64,000 nucleotides of DNA, taken from contig CAWBQK010000005.1 of the NCBI GenBank assembly GCA_963791045.1, positions 1-64,000 on the forward strand, written 5' to 3'. Positions within the stretch are counted from its first letter, which is position 1. Each line of letters begins with the position of its first letter. The notes beneath the pieces are model-generated. The model was not told where the DNA came from, did no database searches, and worked only from the letters and a program-made list of their open reading frames with translations. Made by a program: the position numbers and the translations under genes. This stretch comes from Candidatus Latescibacterota bacterium. GTDB lineage: Bacteria; Krumholzibacteriota; Krumholzibacteriia; WVZY01. Below are positions 1 through 9,361 of the stretch, piece after piece.

Positions 1-1195
1 GAAGCAAGTCACTACGTTTCTCGCAGAACCTTTCTGAAGACCGCCGCCGGTGCAGTTTCAATAATCGGAGCTTTAGGCAATCCGGCAATGGCATCCCAAC
101 CTCAAGCAAGCATGCCGACTCGCCCCTTCGGCAGAACCGGCATCGACGTGCCGATCCTCTCCTTCGGCGGCAGTCTAAATACCTCTCTGAGTACGTTGCT
201 GCTCAGACAGGCCGTCAAGTGGGGAGTCACCTACTGGGATACGGCCAATAGTTACATGGGTGGCAGAAGCGAAAAAGGCATGGGAAAATATTTCGAAAAG
301 TATCCTGCCGACCGCAACCGGATTTTTCTCGTAACAAAGTCCCATGCTTGGAACACGGAGGGCATGAGCGAAGACCTCAACCTATCTATAGAACGCATGC
401 AGACCGATTATATTGATCTTTATTTTATGCATTCCGTGAGCAGCAGCAGCGAACTGACGGCGGACAAAAAAGCTTGGGCCGAAAAGAAGAAGGCCGAAGG
501 CAAAATCCGTCTCTTTGGTTTCAGTACCCATTCCAACATGGAAGAATGCATGCTGGCAGCATCCGGGCTGGGATGGATTGACGGCATTATGATGCGCTAC
601 AACTATCGGCTGATGCACGCCGATGAAATGCGACGGGCAATGGAAAAATGTGCCCAAGCGGGAATCGGTCTGACGGCCATGAAAAGCCAGGGCGGCGGTC
701 AGATAAAAACGGATTCGGAGATCGAACTCAAATTGGCCGGACGATTTGTGAAAAAGGGCTTCACCGATGCCCAGGCCAAACTCAAAGCCGTTTGGGAGCA
801 TCCGAATATTGCCAGCATATGTACGGAAATGCCCAACATGACGCAGCTGATGGCAAACGTGGCAGCTGCAATGAACCGGCGGAAGCTTTCGGCCCAGGAG
901 GTTCATCTGCTCCGGCAATACGCCAGGGAAACACGATCGGATTACTGCACAGGCTGTACCGCCATCTGCGAGTCGGCCGTCGACAGCGACATCCCCATTG
1001 GTGATGTCATGCGTTACCTGATGTACGCCCGCAGCTATGGCGACCGTAGTAGGGGCAGGATGCATTTTAAAAAAATCCCACTGAGAATTCGCCGACAAAT
1101 GGGAGGCTGTGGACTATCGTCCGGCCGAACAAAGATGTCCTCAAAAAATAGCGATCGGCAGTCTCATGCGGGAAGCACTGAAGGAGTTGGGTTAA
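1..1195 (+). CDS. Tat-exported aldo/keto reductase with Cys-containing C-terminal domain (5' partial; apparent frameshift near 1100)
   Basis: Frame 1 from base 1 reads EASHYVSRRTFLKTAAG (twin-arginine motif) into ORF 88..1209. AKR motifs: RPFGRTG, WDTANSY, IDLYFMH, GFSTH. C-terminal YCTGCTAIC. The true end DYRPAEQRCPQKIAIGSLMREALKELG* lies in another frame (TAA 1193-1195) and matches the downstream paralog. Confidence 0.88.
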
Positions 1196-1212
1196 AAAAG
1201 GAGGAATAAATT

Positions 1213-2416
1213 ATGTCTGCTAAAAACAAATGCTGGTCCCGCCGGGATTTTTTAAAGACCGCTGGAATAACCGGCGCCGGTTCACTGTTGGTTCCGACGA
1301 TGCACCTGGCCGAGGCTGCCGAAAAGACGCTACAGGTACCTACCCGCCCATTCGGCAAAACCGGAGCGAATGTATCCATTCTTTCACTGGGCGGTATGTT
1401 CAATATCGCCGCCAATCAAATGTTGATGAAACAGGCCATGAAATGGGGCGTAACTTACTGGGATACGGCGGATTGCTATCAAAGAGGCAGTGAAAAAGGC
1501 ATCGGCAAATATTTCAAAAAATATCCTGAAGATCGTCGCCGGGTTTTTCTGGTAACCAAATCCGACGCCCGCAGCCCCAAAGGCATGACAAAGCTTCTGG
1601 ATCGATCCCTTGGAAAAATGAAAACCAGCTATATTGACCTTTACTTTGTGCACGGGATCTATAGTATTGATGAATTGGATGAGAGCACCAAAACCTGGGC
1701 TGAAAAAGCCAAGGCCGCCGGCAAGATCCGCTTTTTTCGGTTTCAGCACACACAGCAACATGGAAGAATGTATGCTGGAGGCCGCCAAACTCGGCTGGAT
1801 CGACGGTATTATGATGACTTACAACTACCGCCTGATGCATACCGACCGCATGAAGCGTGCAGTAGATGCCTGCGTCAAAGCGGGAATCGGAATGACCGCC
1901 ATGAAAACCCAGGGCGGGGGATCGGTAAAGACGGATACGGATGCCGAGCTCAAAATGGCCGGACAGTTTTTGCAAAAAGGATTTACCGATGCCCAGGCCA
2001 AACTCATGGCAGTTTGGCAGAATCCAAATATTGCCAGTATCTGCTCGCAAATGCCGAACATGACCATTCTGATGGCCAACGCCACCGCTGCCACGGGCAA
2101 GGCGCAACTTTCTTCCAAGGACAGAAAATTATTACAGCAATACGCGCAGGACACGCTCGCGGATTATTGTGCCGGCTGCGCGGCAATTTGTGAGTCTGCC
2201 GTGACAGGTGATGTCCCGATCGGAAAGGTGATGCGGTATCTCATGTACAGCCGCAGCTATGGCGACCATGATCGTGCTTGCCGACGTTTCAGAAATATTG
2301 CGCCCGGCATCCGGCGGCGGATAGCTGACTTAGACTATTCATTGGCCGAACAAAGATGTCCCCAAAAAATGCAGATTGGACGGCTTATGAGAGAGGCGGG
2401 TGAGGAATTATCATGA
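1213..2416 (+). CDS. Tat-exported aldo/keto reductase paralog (apparent frameshift in T-run near 1735)
   Basis: SRRDFLK Tat motif, WDTADCY and IDLYFVH in ORF 1213..2193. Continues in ORF 1634..2416 (GFSTHSNMEEC, YCAGCAAIC, RCPQ). Collinear with the upstream gene. Confidence 0.88.
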
Positions 2417-2457
2417 AAATTAGCTCGTTTTAACTGAATTTTCAATAAACATAATCC

Positions 2458-2571
2458 ATTTTGGATTGTGGATTTCGGATTGTGGATTTGTTGTATCGCT
2501 GCGCTCTATCTGTTTTTATTAAATTGACAGAATACCTTAAATCCAAAATCTAAATTCCCATATCCCAAATC
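2458..2571. repeat. Intergenic inverted repeat built from degenerate heptamers
   Basis: GGATTGT-GGATTTC-GGATTGT-GGATTTG on the left and AAATCCA-AAATCTA-AATTCCC-ATATCCC-AAATC on the right, between convergent genes. Confidence 0.55.
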
Positions 2572-2681
2572 TATGAGGAATAAAAGTGAGATCAATTGTT
2601 AAAAGAAACATTGCGATAGAACGTATGATTTTCACCACCATAGGCTGAATCTGTGAACGCTTACAATTCCAAGACGCCGAA

Positions 2682-2903
2682 TTACGGGGCTTTATAGATA
2701 GCCCGCATGGTCTCAATCTCCGATCGGATCGAGTCCTGCAGCGATTTAGGTGCCAGCACCTTAGCCTTTGCGCCCCACTTCAATACCCAGAATTCAATCT
2801 CCTTGGTGCCGGCCACTTCTGCTTCAAAAATGATGGAACCATCTTTTTGCGTCTCAAATTTCTGAGTGTCATGCCAGGTCTTTTCCCGGATGTATTCGGC
2901 ATA
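2682..2903 (-). pseudogene. C-terminal (WCX) fragment of a WYL-domain transcriptional regulator
   Basis: YAEYIREKTWHDTQKFETQKDGSIIFEAEVAGTKEIEFWVLKWGAKAKVLAPKSLQDSIRSEI fits the end of WYL/PafC-type proteins. The HTH and WYL parts are missing. Confidence 0.75.
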
Positions 2904-4213
2904 CCCGTGCCGATTGCGCATCCATGGGAACCCGCCAAAGTAGGGGCATAACGAATCGTTACCGTCTTCATCTGGCCATTAGTGAGAGCATATCCCCCTC
3001 CACCCGATACGATACTATAATGATCGCAGATTTCACTCACATCCCCCGATAGCGTGCCTCCCCCAGTGTTGGTTATTGTAAAGGTGGTATCTTTATAAGT
3101 CCCCGCAACAACGGTTCCAAAATCAATATTAGAGAGACTCATGTCACATTCGGGGGGATCATCCCCTACACCCGAGCATGATACATTCGCACATTCTGCC
3201 CCTGTTTCTATCGTGCAATCGTGTGTTCCACTTACTGTCGGTTCGAAGCGGACAGAAACAATCACAGATTGATTGAATGCAAGACTGTAATAACCCCCTC
3301 CTGACACGATGCGGTAGTGATCGCATGTTTCTTCAACAGATCCAGAGAGAAGACTCTCTCCCGTATTGGTAATGGTGAAATCCAAATCTGATGTATTCCC
3401 GATCGTGATGTTGCCAAAATCGAGCGTTGACTTGCTCACCAGGCAACTTGGCGGGGATTCCGCGACTCCCGTACACGACACATTGACACATTCTGTCCCC
3501 GTTTCGATCGTGCAGTTCTGGGTGCCGCTCGCGGTAGGTTGATATCTCACCGTGACGGTTAAAAACTGCCCGGTGGTGAGAGCGAATGGACCCGCTCCAG
3601 CAAAAATGTCGAAATGAGAGCAGGTCTCACTGACGTTTCCGTGCAATGTCTCTTCTCCGACATTAGTAATTGTAAAAGTCGTGTCTTTATATGCTCCAAC
3701 CGTCAGAGCACCGAAATCAAGGCTGGTTAAACTAAGTTGGCATTCTGGAGGGTTGATGCAAATTCCCGTCATTGAAATATCCGCGCACTCCGTACCTGTG
3801 GAGATCGTACAACTCAACGTACCACTCACAGTCGGAGAAAAACGCACGGTTGCGGTTACCGATTGATCGGCAGTTAGATCAAAATTTCCACCCCCTCCCG
3901 AAACGATATTAAAATACGAGCACGTCTCGCTAAAACTCCCGATCACCCTTCCTTCTCCAGTATTAGTAACAGTAAACGTTGTGTCTTTAAACTCACCAAC
4001 GGTAAGAGTCCCGAAGTCAATAGCCTCAGGTACGATGAGACATTTCGGATCCTTGATTTGAACTGGATTATCTTTTGAGCAAACTGTCAGAAGGCAAATC
4101 AAAAGCAGAAGTGGGATGAGAAGTGGTAGCCTTGAAACTCGGAGATATTTCAGCACTGCTGCCCCCCCAAGAATATATTTCGTTCGAAATAGAAACGGCT
4201 CGATCATTACCAT
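2903..4213 (-). CDS. Secreted protein with four Cys-rich Ig-like (ASH / choice-of-anchor D type) repeats; 3' end broken at ~2903
   Basis: Hydrophobic N-terminal stretch, then four ~100-aa repeats (C-x6-DFG..VG..KDTTFTITNTG...SETC.H..I.SGGG...VRF.PT.SG...CTI.TG). The repeat pattern stops after GCAIGTG, and the ORF tail to 2780 is an off-frame reading of the WYL fragment. Confidence 0.8.
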
Positions 4214-4510
4214 TTATTCATAATCGAGCATAGAGCACCGGCATTCAAATTCTATACAGCAAAAACAGGATAGGTCAATCACGAGTGCTCAATCATCCGT
4301 AATGCAATACTTAACAGACCTAACTATATATGTCAACGAAAATTAGCATTATGAGCCTTTGCCTATCCTCAATCTTGTTCTCTAAAAGTAAACTCGCTAG
4401 AATTAGATAGCGGACGATGTCGTCATTTAAGTGAATGGGGGATTCTTGTGTTAACCGAGAATTTCACAGGCACACCTGCAGGTATCAACATTCTGTAGTG
4501 TTGATGGCGA

Positions 4511-4570
4511 GTTCTCTGTTTTTTGGGAGAGCCGAATTGAGCGAAATAGGCGCTTTTGTGTTAACCGAGA
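4511..4570 (+). repeat. 60-bp repeat, copy 1 (cassette left-end segment)
   Basis: 54/60 identical, ungapped, to 9169-9228. Ends in TTGTGTTAACCGAGA. Confidence 0.9.
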
Positions 4571-4705
4571 ACATCGCGTGGCTGCTTGGGTCGTCCGCGT
4601 CCGCCTTTATTAGTGAGGGAGGTGGAATCTTTGATGGGGCGGGCTCTGTTTAAGCGCGATCGAGTTTTCGGACACTACGGGGTATCGGTTCCCCACTATA
4701 TTAAA

Positions 4706-4752
4706 CTGGCCCCCCAGATGATACCCTAAAACGAACCTGTCTCACTTTTTTT
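4706..4752 (+). repeat. att-like 47-bp direct repeat, copy 1
   Basis: CTGGCCCCCCAGATGATACCCTAAAACGAACCTGTCTCACTTTTTTT, 46/47 identical to 7315-7361. It begins like the reverse complement of the tRNA-Asn 3' end (TGGCTCCCC). Confidence 0.9.
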
Positions 4753-4780
4753 TGGTCTGCTCCATGAAACACTCCTTTCC

Positions 4781-4796
4781 TGGTATAATTATACCA
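4781..4796. promoter_or_regulatory. Perfect 16-bp palindrome with an extended -10 (TGnTATAAT) on both strands
   Basis: TGGTATAATTATACCA, flanked by a further ACACTCC/GGAGTGT inverted pair (4769-4775 and 4798-4804). Confidence 0.5.
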
Positions 4797-4987
4797 TGGA
4801 GTGTCCTTCAACTTTTTGCTTGATTCTGTCCTAGAGGTGTTGACGCCAAACAATAAACTCAATTATAGCCTAGAAAGTGTCTTGTAAACTGGGGGAAGTC
4901 CAGAGTAAAATCAGTATGTGAGCCGGGGAAGGGAGTAAATTTTATACATTTCTTTTTCCTCCCTATCTTAATTAAAAGGAGGCCGCT

Positions 4988-7033
4988 GTGGATCTTATAA
5001 AAGGGAAATATTCATGGCTACTATTGTTTACATCAATTCTATTCCTTTTGATTATCACCAGTAATACGCATGCGATGGACATTGAAATTAGGAGCATTAG
5101 CAACGCTAACCTCATCGTGGCTGAAGGAGAGGAGCCTGTTGAAATCGTTCTCGCCGGTGAGGGTCTGGATCAAATCACTTTGATTGAACCTTTTATTGGC
5201 GATGAACTCGTCGAGGATTTCGAGATTACCAAAGGAGAATTTTCCGGAAATCAACTCACCCTCATATTAAAAGCAGGGCCCAGCACCACTTATGGTTGTT
5301 GCCTTACTCTCAAACTTAAAATTGGAGAAGACACGGTTGAACTCTACACTCCTCTCGCCCTCGCCGGTGCCGTACCCGCAATTATCGAAAGAGGATCGAC
5401 ACTTAAAACAGGTCAGAAACCAAGCAGTTACAGACCGCCTCCCCCTCCTCCTCCCGCCCCATGCAAGATCGTCTCTTTTCTAATCAACAAGGGTGCTGCG
5501 AAAACAAAGACCAGAACGGTTACGCTCAATAACTCTGCTCCAGGCGCAACTCGTTATCGAGCAAGCGAGCTCTCATCATTCAATGGTGTGCGCTGGTCGA
5601 CCTATAGCAGCGCCCCCCAATTCCTGTTGAGCGATGGGTTGGGGACCAAAACAGTATACTTCCAAGTATATTGTTCCAGCGGCGCTTCCACCGTATTTTC
5701 CGATAGAATCACCTATGACAATCTTCCGGAGCAGGAAACTGAAAGAGTTATGATGTACGATGTCTGGGAGACGGGTACTAATCGCTTAGAGCTATTTTGC
5801 AAGGAGGCTTCTCAGGAATTTATTGCAACAGGAGAATACCTTGAAGAAGTATATTTAGACTTTACTACTTCAGGGAGTGAATATCAGCATACAGTCTTTG
5901 TCGAACTACAAAAGTATATCTCTGGAGATCCAGATAAATCCGATTCCTGGCAGACTCTTAAACAGATAAGGAAGAATACTAACGGACTACTCCCTCCCAT
6001 CGCTTTCCAGTTTGATCCTGCTTTCCGGTTAACAGTCGGAAATATTTACAGAATTCAGCTCAAGATGTCTCGAAAAAACAATATCGGAGTAACGGCTTCC
6101 AGTGATGCATACTTATACAATCAGGCACCTCGAAATTACGACTTGAATATGCGCGTAAAGGGACGCCGCATAAATCGTGCTCCAGCACCTGCACGTCCTA
6201 CTAAAACCGCTCTTATTGTTGTACTAGAAAATGGCGGTGTTGGGTTGGATAGCATTCCAGTTTTAAATAATCTTCCTCCCGCTATTCCCACGTTTCGATG
6301 CGGAAGTTGGGAATTTCCCAGGAAAGAAAACGAGAATACCCTGCAATTTCTCGCCAGATTGTGGGGAATGTTGAGTGAAAATGCATACTGTCTTCAGCCC
6401 TGGGAGTGGCAGCCATATATCCTCATCACATCGGACTGGTGGCAGAAAATATCGGACAAATTATTAGAAGATGTGAGTGAGGCAGTTCGCATGGCGGTGG
6501 ATGGCGGCACTCCATACACATATGACAAAGTACAAGTTCTCCGGGACAGTGATGCGAATCCGAGCCGTCTAATATCCACTCTCGCCAATCTCTCGAGAAG
6601 CTACATAATTGATATCCATGTTTTAACTCACGGAGGGGAGAAGACTATTTGCGGTAAAGAACATATTACCGTTCCAAACTTTTTTATCCCCATGAAACAA
6701 CGTATTGTCAGGGATGAAATGTATCTTAACCTTAGGGCTGTATACCAGATGAACTGCAAGAGCGGCACACTCGTGCCGGATTGGCGCGGATTGGGAGCAG
6801 AAGTAGTTAATGGGACTTTTCAGGAATACAACAACTACATGCCTTCTCAGTACTACCATTTCATGATTCACTGGTTGAATAACGAGACTTTCGATGAAGC
6901 AACTTCGAAAAGTTATGAGGACGCAAGACCATACTTTGAGGCAATTTGGGCCGAAGAACCGGATAATGTAATTATGAGCAAGCTGTTTGTCACCGGAACC
7001 GGAACTGTGAAAATGACAACCCGGACAAAGTGA
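4988..7033 (+). CDS. Secreted multidomain hypothetical protein (Pro linker, Ig-like module, possible clan CD protease-like C-terminal domain)
   Basis: 681-aa ORF with AAGGAGG RBS before GTG, signal peptide ending THA, RPPPPPPPAP linker, and C-terminal IDIHVLTHGG...LRAVYQMNC. Confidence 0.8.
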   Translation: MDLIKGKYSWLLLFTSILFLLIITSNTHAMDIEIRSISNANLIVAEGEEPVEIVLAGEGLDQITLIEPFIGDELVEDFEITKGEFSGNQLTLILKAGPSTTYGCCLTLKLKIGEDTVELYTPLALAGAVPAIIERGSTLKTGQKPSSYRPPPPPPPAPCKIVSFLINKGAAKTKTRTVTLNNSAPGATRYRASELSSFNGVRWSTYSSAPQFLLSDGLGTKTVYFQVYCSSGASTVFSDRITYDNLPEQETERVMMYDVWETGTNRLELFCKEASQEFIATGEYLEEVYLDFTTSGSEYQHTVFVELQKYISGDPDKSDSWQTLKQIRKNTNGLLPPIAFQFDPAFRLTVGNIYRIQLKMSRKNNIGVTASSDAYLYNQAPRNYDLNMRVKGRRINRAPAPARPTKTALIVVLENGGVGLDSIPVLNNLPPAIPTFRCGSWEFPRKENENTLQFLARLWGMLSENAYCLQPWEWQPYILITSDWWQKISDKLLEDVSEAVRMAVDGGTPYTYDKVQVLRDSDANPSRLISTLANLSRSYIIDIHVLTHGGEKTICGKEHITVPNFFIPMKQRIVRDEMYLNLRAVYQMNCKSGTLVPDWRGLGAEVVNGTFQEYNNYMPSQYYHFMIHWLNNETFDEATSKSYEDARPYFEAIWAEEPDNVIMSKLFVTGTGTVKMTTRTK

Positions 7034-7090
7034 TTACCGTAACATTTCAAGTAGAAACGGTGGCAGGTCAACCGAGCCTTTGGTTGGCTA

Positions 7091-7142
7091 GTTGTGTTAA
7101 CCAAATCTTTGCTCTCAGCTGCAAATCTGAGAGTATGAGAGC
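7091..7142 (+). repeat. Cassette right-end segment homologous to 13441-13492
   Basis: TTGTGTTAACCAAATC is identical and AATCTGA and TGAGAGC fall in register (34/52 ungapped). Both copies lie ~230 bp left of an att-like core. Confidence 0.75.
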
Positions 7143-7240
7143 ATTCCGGGCTATTAATCGGTCCCCGGTCGACACCCAGATTCTAACCTGAGAACACACC
7201 AATCCTTTACCCCCACAAATCCCTTATCCCTTACACATAT

Positions 7241-7278
7241 ACAGAAGCCCTGCTCTCGACTGAGAGCAGGGCTTCTGT
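7241..7278. terminator. Perfect 17-bp stem hairpin, probable terminator
   Basis: ACAGAAGCCCTGCTCTC-GACT-GAGAGCAGGGCTTCTGT between convergent genes. Confidence 0.75.
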
Positions 7279-7314
7279 TAACCGGTGGAGCGCCAGGTTC
7301 GCTTTTACATAATT

Positions 7315-7361
7315 CTGGCTCCCCAGATGATACCCTAAAACGAACCTGTCTCACTTTTTTT
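7315..7361 (+). repeat. att-like 47-bp direct repeat, copy 2
   Basis: 46/47 identical to 4706-4752. Its TGGCTCCCC matches 13673-13681 exactly. Confidence 0.9.
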
Positions 7362-7535
7362 AAGGTTTATCGGATTCAACTAAGTGCAATAATAACAGCT
7401 CGGATGGAATTAACGGGAGGGACAGGCAAAGCTCTTCGATAATAGAATGTTGCATTGAGCATATCGAACGAATCTCGGCCCAGATAATATGGCGCAACGC
7501 CTACTCGGAAATCTGCCCGATCGGCTGAGGCATAA

Positions 7536-9056
7536 CTAACGTAACCGCTTGGAATCATATTTGCTAACAGGGCGCCATTTTAGGGACAACCAGTAATTGG
7601 CAGAGCTTGCAGCTTCAAACCACCAATGAACCTTGATGGTGCTGCCAACGACAATATCATCAGGCTGTGAAACGATCTCTGCGCTTCCATTCCCGCGCGC
7701 TTTGACTCTGAGCAGGGTTATTCTTTCGGGAACCCACAGTTTTCGCCATGGGACACCATAAGGATGATCGTCCGTCACTATCCAACTATCTTTCACGGTC
7801 CAATAGTCATCTCCTTTGTCGCCGATTACACCCCAGTGACTCTTACCCAGGTTGGGGTGTGTAGACCCAAGGGGAGGCCGTTCGACGTTAAGATTACGCC
7901 GGTCTTTTTGGAGAGTGAAGGTTACCCAGTTCGTGGATTGACCATTGATAACCAGCTTGATTCTGGTCTGAATTTGAGTTCGGCCCTTCCACTTTAATTT
8001 CGGGTAGATATCTCCCGGGTGATGAAGGGTGATTGTATTCGTCGGGCAACACGTGCCCATTTCTTTAACTTTTAAATCCTCAGCGGCATATTTGAAATCC
8101 CCATAATCAACGATGATCTCGTAATCATCAGCTGTTACAATGTCCTTCGCCATCGCATTAGAAAGGTCCAATACAATGGCCTCTCCAGGATAACCCGATG
8201 TCGGACTGATTCGATCGATATGGGTTGGTTTGTCGATAAAAATAGTTCTGAGAACCAGGGATGAGACGCCGTCGCGCCCTTTCACCTGAAGGTATATGTA
8301 ATGCAGTCCCTCTTCGTCCTTGAGAGTAAAGGAAATCTCGTTTGTACCGCTGGCAAGTCTTGCCCAGGAACTGTACACGTCTTTGTTCTTTGTACGATAG
8401 TAATCAGCGTTCGAAGCCGAAAACTGAAGAGTCACCACAGGTCTGGAAGCTACTTCGCGGCCTCTGTTGATCGTGAAGGAGGTGATGCGTGGGGGTGATT
8501 TCACAAACCTTGAACCCCTGGTTTGGATTTGACTGGAAAGGTCCTGATACAAGGCGGGTTGTTCTCCACGCGGCCAAACACCGGTGTAGGAACCAAGCGC
8601 CTCCAGGCCCTTTCCATCCGACAAGAACAGGAATAGACAGGGAATGCCGTCGTCATTTTCGAAGAATAGTGGCGTAGGAACCTGAATGTCTTTGTCGTGA
8701 TTGAAGGATTTTGCCTTAACGAGACCCAGGGTATCGGGTTCGCCTACGATGTGCAACTGGTTTTTATCCTGGCTGTTTAACCAGTAGACTCCAGGTTGAA
8801 TCAATACGTCCCAACCATCTACGCCCTGGAAATGCACCTCTTTTTCGATCCAAAAGCGGCGAATCTCTGACTTGCCGGGCTCCCCTTCCTGGGCATGGGA
8901 TAAATCCCATACAATTCCCGGAACAAATATCAAAGCAAGGAGAAGAACAATGATGCCATAACCATTGCCTTGTCGGATCCGGGAAAAGGTACTCCATCTC
9001 GTTCTGCGATTGGAATTCATCATTACCCCCCATTGATTATTGCCAATTGTGAACAA
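7536..9056 (-). CDS. Secreted or membrane-anchored hypothetical protein with Ig-like modules
   Basis: 506-aa ORF with a hydrophobic segment ending SHA. Module ITSFTINRG...VVTL...W...FTL...G...IYLQV is followed by an IPT/TIG-like PTHIDRISPTSGYPG. Start codon uncertain. Confidence 0.78.
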   Translation of the reverse strand: MFTIGNNQWGVMMNSNRRTRWSTFSRIRQGNGYGIIVLLLALIFVPGIVWDLSHAQEGEPGKSEIRRFWIEKEVHFQGVDGWDVLIQPGVYWLNSQDKNQLHIVGEPDTLGLVKAKSFNHDKDIQVPTPLFFENDDGIPCLFLFLSDGKGLEALGSYTGVWPRGEQPALYQDLSSQIQTRGSRFVKSPPRITSFTINRGREVASRPVVTLQFSASNADYYRTKNKDVYSSWARLASGTNEISFTLKDEEGLHYIYLQVKGRDGVSSLVLRTIFIDKPTHIDRISPTSGYPGEAIVLDLSNAMAKDIVTADDYEIIVDYGDFKYAAEDLKVKEMGTCCPTNTITLHHPGDIYPKLKWKGRTQIQTRIKLVINGQSTNWVTFTLQKDRRNLNVERPPLGSTHPNLGKSHWGVIGDKGDDYWTVKDSWIVTDDHPYGVPWRKLWVPERITLLRVKARGNGSAEIVSQPDDIVVGSTIKVHWWFEAASSANYWLSLKWRPVSKYDSKRLR

Positions 9057-9137
9057 CTCCGGCTAGCTCTCCTTCGTGGATAGCAGAATCACGAATTTCC
9101 CTACTCTAATCAACTGATACAAAATGTGTCAATAAGA

Positions 9138-9168
9138 TTGGCTCTCCGGTCGTAACCCTCTTCGGAAT
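9138..9168 (+). repeat. attL-like junction of the tRNA-proximal unit
   Basis: TTGGCTC core (9138-9144) equals 13672-13678. GTAACCCTCTTCGGAAT (9152-9168) is the exact reverse complement of 13647-13663. Confidence 0.85.
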
Positions 9169-9228
9169 GTTCTCTCTTTTTTGGAAGGGCCGAATTGAGC
9201 AAAATGGGCGGTTTTGTGTTAACCGAGA
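9169..9228 (+). repeat. 60-bp repeat, copy 2
   Basis: 54/60 identical to 4511-4570. Directly follows the att arm. Confidence 0.9.
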
Positions 9229-9361
9229 GCAGTCAGCCTGATCTCTGACCCTCGTTTGACTCGCTACTATATATTTTATGCGAAAGACATTTCGACGTCC
9301 GGAGTTTGGCTTGGTGAGAGTCGACACACTTTCTCTTATCACCCAATTCAGGAGTTTTATC

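Noticed and set aside
2780-2902. C-terminal 40 aa of the 477-aa ORF as a real domain
   Set aside because: It is an off-frame reading of the WYL fragment beyond the junction.
7275-7284. CTGTTAACCG matching the tRNA-Asn anticodon arm as a tyrosine-integrase att remnant
   Set aside because: Only 10 bp, largely palindromic and overlapping a hairpin end. The rest of the tRNA 3' half is not duplicated.
7376-7558. 60-aa minus-strand ORF after the 506-aa gene
   Set aside because: No recognisable motif or clear RBS. It could be a fragment, but I cannot support it.
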